A stretch of 27,490 bases of DNA from Candidatus Thorarchaeota archaeon (GTDB lineage: Archaea; Asgardarchaeota; Thorarchaeia; Thorarchaeales; Thorarchaeaceae). The position numbers and the translations under genes are program-made. The notes under the pieces were generated by a model, which did no database searches, was not told the origin of the DNA, and worked only from the letters and a program-made list of their open reading frames with translations. Positions 1 to 8,960 of the stretch are shown here, one piece after another. The stretch's first letter is position 1. Every line of letters begins with the position of its first letter. The stretch spans positions 1-27,490 of the forward strand of contig JAFGAR010000035.1 of the NCBI GenBank assembly GCA_016933575.1, given 5' to 3'.

Positions 1-100
1 CGACTCTGTGAGGTCAGATGCGTGTCAGGACAACCTCACGATCCTATCTCTGGACTATTGTATTTAAAGACCTATAAGAATGGTTCAGTAAACATCAAAG

Positions 101-140
101 AGATGTCCAACTTTGTCCAGTATTTCAGTAGCTATTGTCA
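101..140 (-). mobile_element. Probable terminal inverted-repeat end of an insertion sequence (IS3-like) interrupting sfsA; element continues off the left edge
   Basis: The minus strand reads TGACAATAGCTACTGAAATACTGGACAAAGTTGGACA from exactly the point where SfsA similarity stops. It starts 5'-TG and carries TGGACA twice with 10-bp spacing (+ strand TGTCCA at 104-109 and 114-119), resembling IS3-family ends. No transposase is visible in the window. Confidence 0.45.
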
Positions 141-506
141 ACCCTCTAATCGGAAATCAAAACGTCCATCATAATGTCTTGGTTCAGGAACAACTCTTGA
201 GTAGTTTTGAAAAAAAGGAAGTCGGTGGTCGTCGAGGAGTTTTCGCAGAAACCGATTTGGTAGATTTGAATCAAGTGAAATGAGTACACCATCGTGAATG
301 ACTCCAATTAGGTCGAAGTTTGTCTTTCTGTGAGGTGCAGAATTCTCTCTGATGAAGAACTTCTTACCAGGAATCATCAATTCCTTCATTCTGCCAGGGT
401 TTGGGACGAAGACATCCACAATTGAATCATCGACTCTTACCTTAGCTAGAAAACGATTTGGTCGCTCAACAAAATAAGCCTCTAGAACTCGTTTCTTTGA
501 TGTCAC
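138..506 (-). pseudogene. sfsA: Truncated DNA/RNA nuclease SfsA (N-terminal half only)
   Basis: SfsA motifs RPNRF, VPNPGRMKEL, RKTNFDL, DSNLPN and GRFDF are present. The ORF stops at 122 aa, before the catalytic EVK motif (SfsA is normally about 230 aa), and no minus-strand frame downstream resumes the family pattern. Confidence 0.85.
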
Positions 507-617
507 CTATACTCCACTCGACATCGAGGTGAGGATATCCTTGATTAATAGAACTTGAGCTTTGTACATGATAATTATAACGGGAAGACCTATCACTGAT
601 TTTACTTGTTATAAGCA

Positions 618-1256
618 GTGCGAAGAGGAGATGATGTGCTATTGACTCGGGTTCTGTTTGTAGATGATGATATTGAATTGCTTGATATCGCAAAACTTCT
701 GTTGCAACAGAGTGATTTGGATATTGAGGTCATTGTAGCAACATCAGTCAAAGAGGCTTTAGAAAGACTCGAAAAAGAGCAGTTTGACATAGTCATTGCG
801 GACTATTTGATGCCAGATGCAAGTGGTATTGATCTATTGGAAGCAATACGCTCCAGCGATGATGCGATTGGATTTATTATGTGGACTGGACATTCTCGTG
901 AAGAGGTTGCAATCAAAGCATTAAATCTCGGAGCAGATTATTATATCCTAAAAGGAGCGAACTATAGAGATCAATTCAACACAATTAGGGATGTCATGAA
1001 GAAAATCATCTCTAAGAAGAATACCAACTCAAAAACAATACAGAACATAATCTCTCAAAAAAAAGCCAGTGAGTTCATCCATAGACTCTCTCATGACATT
1101 ACAGGAATTATCCATAATATAATTGGATATGCAACTCTTATTGAGGAAGAGCAAGACATGTCGTATATTCAAGGTATTTCTAGGCTAGTGACAAAACTGA
1201 GTGACAGGATGAAAAGCGCAGTAGAAACAGTTGATACAGGTGTCCTTACATTATAA
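618..1256 (+). CDS. Response-regulator receiver domain fused to a C-terminal HisKA/DHp-like helical domain (no HATPase); likely start GTG 636
   Basis: REC motifs are intact: FVDDD, ADYLMP (phosphoacceptor Asp), WTGH, YILKG. The C-terminus has an H-box-like RLSHDITGIIHNIIGY. SD GAGGAG at 625-630. Confidence 0.85.
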   Translation: MRRGDDVLLTRVLFVDDDIELLDIAKLLLQQSDLDIEVIVATSVKEALERLEKEQFDIVIADYLMPDASGIDLLEAIRSSDDAIGFIMWTGHSREEVAIKALNLGADYYILKGANYRDQFNTIRDVMKKIISKKNTNSKTIQNIISQKKASEFIHRLSHDITGIIHNIIGYATLIEEEQDMSYIQGISRLVTKLSDRMKSAVETVDTGVLTL

Positions 1257-1265
1257 AAAGCAATT

Positions 1266-2366
1266 TCAGAGAAACTCAGTTAGATAGAGCTGTTCAGGTG
1301 TTTCACTAAGACCTGAAACCTTTATACCAACTAATCTTACAGGTTTTTTAGGATCTCTTTTATGATCAAAAATATCAACTGCCATTCGTTCCAAGATACG
1401 AGTATCGTCAGTTTCCACAGGAATGCTTTTACTCCGCTGGATTGTTATGAAGTCATCATACCGCATCTTCACTGTAACTGTGCGGAATCTCAGTGCTTTT
1501 TGTTTTAATCGATCGCTAATCCGAGTGCACATCTTTCGAATAGCATTATGGAGGTAGTCAACTGCATCAGGCTCGATATCTTCCATGAATGTTAGGTCTT
1601 TACTTATTGATTTTCGAATTCTGGGCCCATTATCCATAAGTGGACGTTCATCTATCCCACGGGCTCTTTGGAAGAGCCAAACTGACCCTCTTCCCATAGC
1701 TGGCCAGAGTTCTGGAATACTCATACGTTGGATTTGACCTAATGTTTCAATGCCGCTTTCATTAAGCCGTTGAGTAGTCTTTCTTCCCACTCCATTTATC
1801 GCATCCACAGGAAGCGGTTCCAAGAACTTTTCGATAGTTGTTTGGTCTGGACCAACAAAAGTGATGCCTCGAGGTTTATTCATCCCGGTTGCTACTTTTG
1901 CTACTGCCATATTTGGAGCAATTCCAATCGAACAGGGTAATCTTGTTCGTTGCCAGATCTCTTCTTGGATCTCTTTTGCGAGGGCAGTTGGATGTTCATA
2001 ATTTTCACATCGCTGGGTGACTTCAATATATGCTTCATCAATGCTTGCTCTGCGAATACGTTCTCCATCTGCAAACTCTCGTAAGACATCCATGAATTCA
2101 TCAGATGCAATACTATAGCTTTCAAAAGTCCCATCAACAAAAGCTGCATCAGGGCATAGCCGGTAGGCTTTAGAGACTGGCATCCCTGCATGAATTCCCT
2201 TGGCACGAGCTTCATATGAAGCAGCCCTTACAACACCTCGACCGTTGCCACCCTTGGGATCGTGACCCACGCAGACAGGACGACCTACTAGCTCAGGATG
2301 GTTTCTGAACTGCTCCACACTAGCAAAGAAGGCATCCATATCGACGTGCATAATCCAACGTGCCAT
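1266..2366 (-). CDS. dinB: DNA polymerase IV (Y-family, DinB)
   Basis: HVDMDAFFASVEQ, ASYEARAKGI, SIDEAY, AKVATGMNKPRG, HhH NGVGRKT and little-finger VRLVGIKVS motifs. Confidence 0.97.
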   Translation of the reverse strand: MARWIMHVDMDAFFASVEQFRNHPELVGRPVCVGHDPKGGNGRGVVRAASYEARAKGIHAGMPVSKAYRLCPDAAFVDGTFESYSIASDEFMDVLREFADGERIRRASIDEAYIEVTQRCENYEHPTALAKEIQEEIWQRTRLPCSIGIAPNMAVAKVATGMNKPRGITFVGPDQTTIEKFLEPLPVDAINGVGRKTTQRLNESGIETLGQIQRMSIPELWPAMGRGSVWLFQRARGIDERPLMDNGPRIRKSISKDLTFMEDIEPDAVDYLHNAIRKMCTRISDRLKQKALRFRTVTVKMRYDDFITIQRSKSIPVETDDTRILERMAVDIFDHKRDPKKPVRLVGIKVSGLSETPEQLYLTEFL

Positions 2367-2566
2367 AATGACCCATCTTGAAGTAAGTTAATTGACCAAT
2401 CAAAATTGCTCAAACAACTAATGCGATGATGGGGACCAAATCATCCCGGAGAGATAGCCGAATCTAATGAAATTAAGAAATACGAAGGCACTACATGCTA
2501 GAGAGTTCTATATGGAATTGATACTAGACACATTGTACTACAGGATCTGGGAGATCAGCGCCCACC

Positions 2567-4840
2567 ATGCAGGACGAATCGAGAAATAGTTCTTCAGGTG
2601 AACTTACTCAAAAAGAGGAAGCCAGTAGATATAGAGTATTAGTTGAATCCATGAATGATGGATTTGGTATCATTGATAAAGAAGGCATCTTTACCTATGT
2701 CAATCTTCGTTTTGCTAGAATGCTTGCATATGAACCAGATGATATGGTTGGAAAAACCTTAGTTACTTTTCTTGATGAAGTCAACAAGAAAATACTTCGA
2801 GAGAATATTCGACAGCGGCAGAGAGGCGCATCCACACAATATGAACTTGCTTGGACAAGAAGCACTGGAGAACAAATTCCCACAATAGTTTCAGGAGCTC
2901 CTCTTCTCGATGATGATGGAAAGCATATTGGGTCCTTTGCAGTGATTACTGATATCACTGAGCTGAAAGCATCTCGTAAGGCTCTAGAAGAGAGTACAGA
3001 GATGCTAAAACGAATTTTTGAAGAATCGCCAGTTGGAATTGAGATCTTCGATGCAGAGGGAGTTCTCACTACTGCTAACAAAGCTGCTTTGGAAATTGGT
3101 GGATTAAAAGATATTAATGATTTGATAGGATTCAGTCTATTTGACGATCCTAATTTACCTAAAGAAATGAAAGCACGATTGATTCGAGGCGAGAGTGTCG
3201 AATTTGAAGCAATTCTTGACTTTGATAGAGTCAATGAAATGAAACTATACCCGACCTTGCGTTCAGGAAAAATTGTGTTGGAGTCATGGATTAAACCATT
3301 GGGTTTGGAAAATAATGGGGGGTTTAAAGGATACCTTAGCCAAATCATCGAGAAGACAGAACATAGAGCCGCCGAAGCCGCATTAGTTGATAGTGAGAAA
3401 CGGTACCAATTGCTTGCAGAAAATGTGACCGATGTTATCTTCACAACAGATTTGGAACTCAATCTTACCTATGTCAGTACTTCTGTCGATCATCTTCTTG
3501 GATATTCTGCGGAGGAGCTTGCTGGTCAATCAATGATCGAATTCATGAGTCCAGACTCAGTTTGGTTGGCAATTGAAACCATGAAAGAATCTCTTGAAGA
3601 TGAAAGATTGGGTCAACATACTCAACCTCGAGGTGAATCTCCACCACTTGAAATTCGATTGAAGCATAAGAATGGACAGGCTCTTTGGGTTGAGATTACT
3701 CGAACATTCCTACGTGATGATGAGGGTAGACCGACTGGAGTCTTGGGTGTTGCTCGTAACATCGAAGAACGGAAAGAGGCTGAGAAGGCATTAAGAGATT
3801 CCGAGATGAAATATCGTACATTGGTTGACCAATCATTCCAAGGTATAATGATTATTCAGGCTATTCCTCTATCAATTAAATACACAAACCCAGCATTTGC
3901 CAATTTTTTGGAAAGCTCTATTGAAGAAGTTCTGGCGTTCTCGCCAAAGGATATTCAGAACATGGTCCATCCTGAAGATTGGAATCTTCTAATGAATCGG
4001 CTTCAAGCACTCATGTCTGGTGAAGCTCCAGCAAAGATACCCATTGTAGTCCGCATATTCCAGAAAGATGGTGATATGCAATGGCTTGAGATGTTTGGTC
4101 GAAAGGTCGAATATGAAGAAACCGCAGCAATTCAATTGGTTGCAATCAATGTGACTGAGAAAATACACGCTGAGAGGAGTATACAGACTCAAAAGGAACG
4201 GGCAATTCTCTATCTGGATTTAATGTCCCATGATTTTCGTAATCAACTTCAGATTATTCTCGGGTCTACAATGGTAATGGAAACGAAATTACCAGATCCT
4301 GAGGCACGAAGGCTCCTAGATCAAATTGTATCTGCTGTTGAACGATGCCAGAGCATGATATCAAAAGTAAAAGTTACTGAACCCCTCATGTCTGTTCCGC
4401 TCCACCCGAGAAAGTTGAATCCAGCGATTGAATCCGTTGTTGACGCTCAAAGAGAATTACATCGGGATGTTGATATCGAATTACAGCTGAAGGTTAAGAA
4501 CGCAATAGTGGATGCAGATCAATTTCTTGAAAAACTACTTGAGAATATCATTGAAAATGCGATAGAACATAATCCAAATGCTGAACGCAAAGTGTGGATC
4601 ACTCTCACAAAAAGTGGCGATGAATATAAAATATCGATTTCAGATAATGGCCATGGTATCTCAGAATCTGTAAAATCTGCAATCTTTGATCTCTCTCGTA
4701 GATATGGAGGCGTAGGCCTTCATCAATCAAAGCAGATATGTGAAAAATATGGTGGTAGAATTGACGTAGGAGACCGGATAGAGAGCAACCCTGGTGAGGG
4801 AGCTGAGTTCATTATCTGGCTTCCAATGATGAAAGAATGA
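2567..4840 (+). CDS. Cytoplasmic multi-PAS (4 PAS/PAC) sensor histidine kinase
   Basis: Four PAS starts (RYRVLVESMNDG, KRIFEESPVGI, RYQLLAENVTDVI, KYRTLVDQSFQGI). H-box LDLMSHDFRNQL, N-box ENIIENAIEH, G1 DNGHGI, G2 GGVGL. No transmembrane segment seen. Confidence 0.95.
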   Translation: MQDESRNSSSGELTQKEEASRYRVLVESMNDGFGIIDKEGIFTYVNLRFARMLAYEPDDMVGKTLVTFLDEVNKKILRENIRQRQRGASTQYELAWTRSTGEQIPTIVSGAPLLDDDGKHIGSFAVITDITELKASRKALEESTEMLKRIFEESPVGIEIFDAEGVLTTANKAALEIGGLKDINDLIGFSLFDDPNLPKEMKARLIRGESVEFEAILDFDRVNEMKLYPTLRSGKIVLESWIKPLGLENNGGFKGYLSQIIEKTEHRAAEAALVDSEKRYQLLAENVTDVIFTTDLELNLTYVSTSVDHLLGYSAEELAGQSMIEFMSPDSVWLAIETMKESLEDERLGQHTQPRGESPPLEIRLKHKNGQALWVEITRTFLRDDEGRPTGVLGVARNIEERKEAEKALRDSEMKYRTLVDQSFQGIMIIQAIPLSIKYTNPAFANFLESSIEEVLAFSPKDIQNMVHPEDWNLLMNRLQALMSGEAPAKIPIVVRIFQKDGDMQWLEMFGRKVEYEETAAIQLVAINVTEKIHAERSIQTQKERAILYLDLMSHDFRNQLQIILGSTMVMETKLPDPEARRLLDQIVSAVERCQSMISKVKVTEPLMSVPLHPRKLNPAIESVVDAQRELHRDVDIELQLKVKNAIVDADQFLEKLLENIIENAIEHNPNAERKVWITLTKSGDEYKISISDNGHGISESVKSAIFDLSRRYGGVGLHQSKQICEKYGGRIDVGDRIESNPGEGAEFIIWLPMMKE

Positions 4841-4849
4841 ACTCACACA

Positions 4850-5806
4850 TTAGATGAGATTGTTAAAGAAATCAGTAAGGTCAATATTCCCCCCACTGAT
4901 TATGACACCCACTCGTTTGATCTTCACTTTTGATTTCATCTTTAGTAGTCCTGCTAATGATACAGCACCTGATGGTTCAACAACGAGTTTCATTCGTTCC
5001 CAGAGCAATTTCATTGCTTGTACAATTTCCTCTTCAGTCACTAGGACTATGTCATCAACAAGCTTTCGGATAATCTCAAATGTCAGGTCACCTAATTGAG
5101 TTCTAAGGCCATCAGCAATCGTATTAGGATTTACACTGGGGAATATTCGACCTGCTTTATATGAACGATAAGCATCATCAGCATTAGCTGGTTCAACTGC
5201 AATCACCTTGGTCATTGGAGATAGTCCTTTGGCAGCTATAGCAGTACCACTGATTAAACCACCACCTCCTACGGGAGCCAGAACATAATCGAGTGTTCCT
5301 ACCTCATTAAGAAGCTCTATGGTTGCTGTGCCAGCTCCTGCAATTATTCGAGGATTATTGTAGGGATGAATCAGAGTGAATCCATGTTTTTCAATCAGAT
5401 CGTTCGCAACAGATACTCGACTCTCAACCGTATTCTTGCAAAACACTATTGTAGCTCCATATTCCCGTGTTGCTTGGACTTTTACATTTGGAGAATTTTC
5501 AGGCATAACGATTGTTGCGTGAATTCCAAGCATTGAAGCAGCCAGTGCCAGAGCTTGTGCATGGTTACCGGAGCTATGTGCAATTACTCCCTTTGCACGT
5601 TCTTCAGGAGTCAGTTGAGATACTGTGTTGAAAGCTCCTCTGAATTTGAAAGCACCGACCCTCTGAAAATTCTCACATTTGAAGAAGGCTTGACCATCTA
5701 TCATCCTATTAATAGTACTGGAGGTCATAACAGGAGTCTTGATAATTGCATCTTTAATTCTGACATAGGCATCCTGAATGTCTTGCAGAGTGATCATAAA
5801 ACTCAA
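4850..5806 (-). CDS. PLP-dependent serine racemase / serine-threonine dehydratase family enzyme (no regulatory ACT domain)
   Basis: FKCENFQRVGAFKFRGA (PLP lysine), HSSGNHAQ, PVGGGGL, EPANADD, TIADG, SGGNIDL. Alternative start ATG 5797. Confidence 0.92.
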   Translation of the reverse strand: MSFMITLQDIQDAYVRIKDAIIKTPVMTSSTINRMIDGQAFFKCENFQRVGAFKFRGAFNTVSQLTPEERAKGVIAHSSGNHAQALALAASMLGIHATIVMPENSPNVKVQATREYGATIVFCKNTVESRVSVANDLIEKHGFTLIHPYNNPRIIAGAGTATIELLNEVGTLDYVLAPVGGGGLISGTAIAAKGLSPMTKVIAVEPANADDAYRSYKAGRIFPSVNPNTIADGLRTQLGDLTFEIIRKLVDDIVLVTEEEIVQAMKLLWERMKLVVEPSGAVSLAGLLKMKSKVKIKRVGVIISGGNIDLTDFFNNLI

Positions 5807-5960
5807 GGGACCTGCACTGCTGAAAAGGATTCCTTAGAATGGCACAATAGGTCTTGAGTATTGATTCCTGATTCTACGCAGACTATTAATACAACATAAT
5901 ATATTCTCAGAGATAGGAGTAAAGAGGCTCCTCGTAAATCAAATTCCGGTAAGTGGTACA

Positions 5961-6452
5961 ATGAAAGGAATTCGGAGGAAAGAGAAAGCCATTAAATCCA
6001 AAGAGGAAATGATGGCAACTCTTGAAAAGACAAAATACATCACAATTGCTATGTGCTTGGAGAACGAACCATATCTTGTCACTCTGAGTCATGGTTATTC
6101 TCGCGAGAAAAACTGCATCTATTTTCACTGTGCACAAGAAGGAAAGAAAATTGATATTCTACGAGTGAATGGAACTGTTTGGGGGCAAGCGATAAACGAC
6201 TTAGGATACGTGCCCGGTTCTTGCGACCATCTCTTCGTCACCACACAATTCAGGGGAAAAGTCACCTTCATTCAAGATATTGTTGAGAAAGAACTTGCTC
6301 TCAAGACGATGATCCATCAACTCGAACCAGATCCAGGGAAAGTGATCGAAGAGCAGATTACAGAGAGCTCACTCCAACGAGTCAATATAGGTAGAATCGA
6401 TATTGATTTTTTGAGTGGAAAGAAATCGAAAGAGACAATCATCTCTCTCTAA
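5961..6452 (+). CDS. NimA-like / pyridoxamine 5'-phosphate oxidase-family flavin-binding protein
   Basis: IRRKEKAI, PYLVTLSHGY and IYFHCAQEGKKIDIL fit the split-barrel NimA family. Confidence 0.85.
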   Translation: MKGIRRKEKAIKSKEEMMATLEKTKYITIAMCLENEPYLVTLSHGYSREKNCIYFHCAQEGKKIDILRVNGTVWGQAINDLGYVPGSCDHLFVTTQFRGKVTFIQDIVEKELALKTMIHQLEPDPGKVIEEQITESSLQRVNIGRIDIDFLSGKKSKETIISL

Positions 6453-6846
6453 TCTGCGATAGATTTTCCAAGATTGATAATGCATCTCGGACAGATTCGT
6501 AAGGAACAAAGAGGTGATCATGAAAATAGGCAGATACTACATTGACACTGATACCACCCTCTGCCAGTGCTTTTGTCAGAGCCGCTAGGAATCCAATTGC
6601 GGACAAATCAGAATGGATTGTGAGTGTGATGAGACCCCAAATCCCTTCATATTCAAGTCCGTGAAGATCTGCAATTTCCTTTCTAACTACTATTGTGATA
6701 GCTTCTTGCTCATGAAAAATTAAAAGCGGGGTCTCTTGCAGGTCATTCAGGTCCTTGTAATTTGTTGTAGAGAATACGAATTCACCTGGAATCAATACAG
6801 GTGACATATTCTTGACCAAGGAATCTAGATTCCGTTCTCCGCTCAT
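6439..6846 (-). CDS. Tandem ACT-domain protein (DUF2241/ACT_3 + ACT_7 type)
   Basis: MSGERNL..L...MSPVL..GEFVF, ITLTIHSDLSAIGFLAAL and ISVNVVSAYFHDHLFVP. Confidence 0.88.
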   Translation of the reverse strand: MSGERNLDSLVKNMSPVLIPGEFVFSTTNYKDLNDLQETPLLIFHEQEAITIVVRKEIADLHGLEYEGIWGLITLTIHSDLSAIGFLAALTKALAEGGISVNVVSAYFHDHLFVPYESVRDALSILENLSQIRER

Positions 6847-6852
6847 ATTAGT

Positions 6853-7368
6853 TCACTTATTCTTATTTCCAAAGGTCTCCCAAGAAACAATTTCATGTAG
6901 TGATAATCGAGTACTTGTCCGCTCCTGATCACCATAACCAACAGAAACTGCGCATATGACCCGAAAGTCTTCAGGAATATTCAATAATTGTCTAAATGCT
7001 GGTTCTATGTCAGTATCGCGCACTCCCATCCAGCATGTGCTTAGTCCCTGATGGTAAGCTGCAAGTAGCATGTTTTGCACAGCATTGTGTGGGTCAGCAA
7101 GATGATATTTTGGATGCTTCGTAGGGTCTCCAAGGACTACAATGACAACTGGAGATTCTTTCATGAACCGACCATAAGCATGAGCCTCAGCAAGTCTTGA
7201 ACGAATTGAATGGTCACGAACCACAATAAAATGCCATGGTTGTTTATTCGAGGCTGAAGGAGCCCATCGACCAGCTTGAAGAATTGTGTCGATTTTTTCG
7301 TCGGAGACTTCAGTAGGTTTGTACTTCCGAATGCTTCGTCGTTCTCTGATTGCTTTGATAACGTCCAT
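6853..7368 (-). CDS. Nitroreductase family protein
   Basis: RRSIRKY, WAPSASNKQPWHFIVV and NMLLAAYHQGLSTCWMG. Confidence 0.93.
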   Translation of the reverse strand: MDVIKAIRERRSIRKYKPTEVSDEKIDTILQAGRWAPSASNKQPWHFIVVRDHSIRSRLAEAHAYGRFMKESPVVIVVLGDPTKHPKYHLADPHNAVQNMLLAAYHQGLSTCWMGVRDTDIEPAFRQLLNIPEDFRVICAVSVGYGDQERTSTRLSLHEIVSWETFGNKNK

Positions 7369-7504
7369 GATAGTTCATTTATTCAATAACACACCTCATT
7401 ATGAAACCTGCGATTTATGACACAGAAAAAAGCGCTCAAATAGTAAACCTAAAAGGCTGAACGAAACTGCGCTCACTTCTAGACCACTACCGGAGTGGAT
7501 AGTT

Positions 7505-8941
7505 ATTCTAAAAACCCAGCAAAGAGAACTGACAAGTGTCGGTATTGACATCGGGTCCTCGACATCTCATGTTGTATTCAGCAAGATTGTATTAGAGAAA
7601 AATCTCAAGCATCCAACCGAAAAATACGAGATTGTTGACAGAGAGATTTTGCATTCTGGCCCGATTCATCTTACACCTTTCAAAGACCCCAAGACCATTG
7701 ACTTCGTTGCACTCCGAGACCTCCTTCTCGAGGATTATCGCGCAGCAGGTATCGGAGTTACAGATATTGATACAGGCGCAGTGATCATAACTGGAGAAAC
7801 AGCGAAAAAGAGCAATGCAGAATGGATTGTGAATGCACTGGCTGGCGAGAGTGGAAAATTTGTAGCTGCTACTGCTGGTCCAAATTTTGAATCCGTTCTT
7901 GCTGCATATGGCTCAGGAGCAGTTGCACGGTCGAGCATCACAGACAAGACTATCATGAACGCAGACATAGGAGGAGGATCCTCCAATATTGCGGTCTGTA
8001 GGGATGGGCGAGTTGTTGCCACAGCTGCCATCAACGTTGGTGGAAGACTTATTGCCACTGATGATTATGGAACAATTACCCGATTAGAAGATACTGGCAA
8101 GAAGGTAGCCTCATTGGTAGGCTATGATTTACATCTGGGTCAGAAACTCACAGATGATGATAAACAAAAGATAGCAGATACACTTGCGGATGCACTCATA
8201 GAAAGTCTCCAATCTAAGAATACTCTAGACTGTACAAGATTGTTGATGATGACTCAACCTTTGGAATACAATGAACCAATTGATATCATTACTTTTTCAG
8301 GTGGGGTAGCAGAATATATCTATGAAAATGAAAAGGACGAGTTCAATGACCTAGGGGCCCGATTGGCTCGTTCGATCATGTCAAAGGCTCAGAGCATTGG
8401 ACTACCAGTAGACAGACCAGACCAGAGAATCCGTGCAACAGTTATAGGTGCAGGTTCCTTTAGTCTACAGGTCAGTGGATCGACAACATTTCTATCATCT
8501 GGTCTTGAATATCCGATTCGTAATCTTCCAGTTATAGTACCGAACACCCCCAGACGGAAAGCATCAGCAGTGGAAATAGAGAAAGCAATCAAGAATGCGC
8601 TTCATAGGTTTGACCTAACAGAGGGCAATGATAGACTCATCCTCTCATTTAATGATGCAGTGAGACCATCGTACGAGAATTTGGCTGAATTTGCACGGGG
8701 AGTTGTCGCGGCACTCCCAAACACTGTTGCAACTAACCAACCAATCATGATGTGTTTTGATACAGATGTTGGAAACAGCGTTGGAAATATCATGCGTCGC
8801 GAGACCGGTATATCAAACGAAATCCTCTCCATTGATGAAATCTCTTTGAGAGAGGGAGATTTCATTGACATTGGTGCACCGATAATTGAAGATGTTGTCG
8901 TCCCTGTCGTTGTTAAGACTCTCGTATTTGATGTTGATTAA
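7505..8941 (+). CDS. eutA: Ethanolamine ammonia-lyase reactivating factor EutA (ASKHA ATPase); true start lies upstream of the tracked 7649 and is apparently non-canonical
   Basis: In frame upstream of 7649 the sequence encodes LTSVGIDIGSSTSHVVFS (from 7529). Further motifs: TGAVIITGETAKK, FVAATAGPNFESVLA, NADIGGGSSN, FSGGVAEYIY, IRATVIGAG, IDEISLREGDFIDIG, VPVVVKTLVF. Start at ATT 7505 is inferred from SD spacing. Confidence 0.88.
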   Translation: MLKTQQRELTSVGIDIGSSTSHVVFSKIVLEKNLKHPTEKYEIVDREILHSGPIHLTPFKDPKTIDFVALRDLLLEDYRAAGIGVTDIDTGAVIITGETAKKSNAEWIVNALAGESGKFVAATAGPNFESVLAAYGSGAVARSSITDKTIMNADIGGGSSNIAVCRDGRVVATAAINVGGRLIATDDYGTITRLEDTGKKVASLVGYDLHLGQKLTDDDKQKIADTLADALIESLQSKNTLDCTRLLMMTQPLEYNEPIDIITFSGGVAEYIYENEKDEFNDLGARLARSIMSKAQSIGLPVDRPDQRIRATVIGAGSFSLQVSGSTTFLSSGLEYPIRNLPVIVPNTPRRKASAVEIEKAIKNALHRFDLTEGNDRLILSFNDAVRPSYENLAEFARGVVAALPNTVATNQPIMMCFDTDVGNSVGNIMRRETGISNEILSIDEISLREGDFIDIGAPIIEDVVVPVVVKTLVFDVD

Positions 8942-8960
8942 ATATAGTGAGGTGAAATCC

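Noticed and set aside
1-45. Hairpin at the left edge as part of a tRNA or known ncRNA
   Set aside because: No T-loop, D-loop or cloverleaf is visible, only a 7-bp stem.
138-140. sfsA TGA as selenocysteine or readthrough codon
   Set aside because: A TAG follows two codons later, and no frame resumes SfsA-like sequence.
2559-2570. Kozak-like CCACCATG at the histidine kinase start
   Set aside because: It is a single short match that other starts do not share, and a GGGAG SD-like site lies upstream. Chance is sufficient.
2695-3462. 255-aa antisense ORF inside the PAS kinase, and the many other overlapping 60-160-aa ORFs in the track
   Set aside because: They are shadows of well-supported genes, with Ser/Ile-rich composition and no motifs or ribosome-binding sites.
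6439-6846. ACT protein as a CASTOR-like eukaryotic signature protein
   Set aside because: This short two-ACT family is widespread in bacteria and archaea, and nothing here points specifically to CASTOR.
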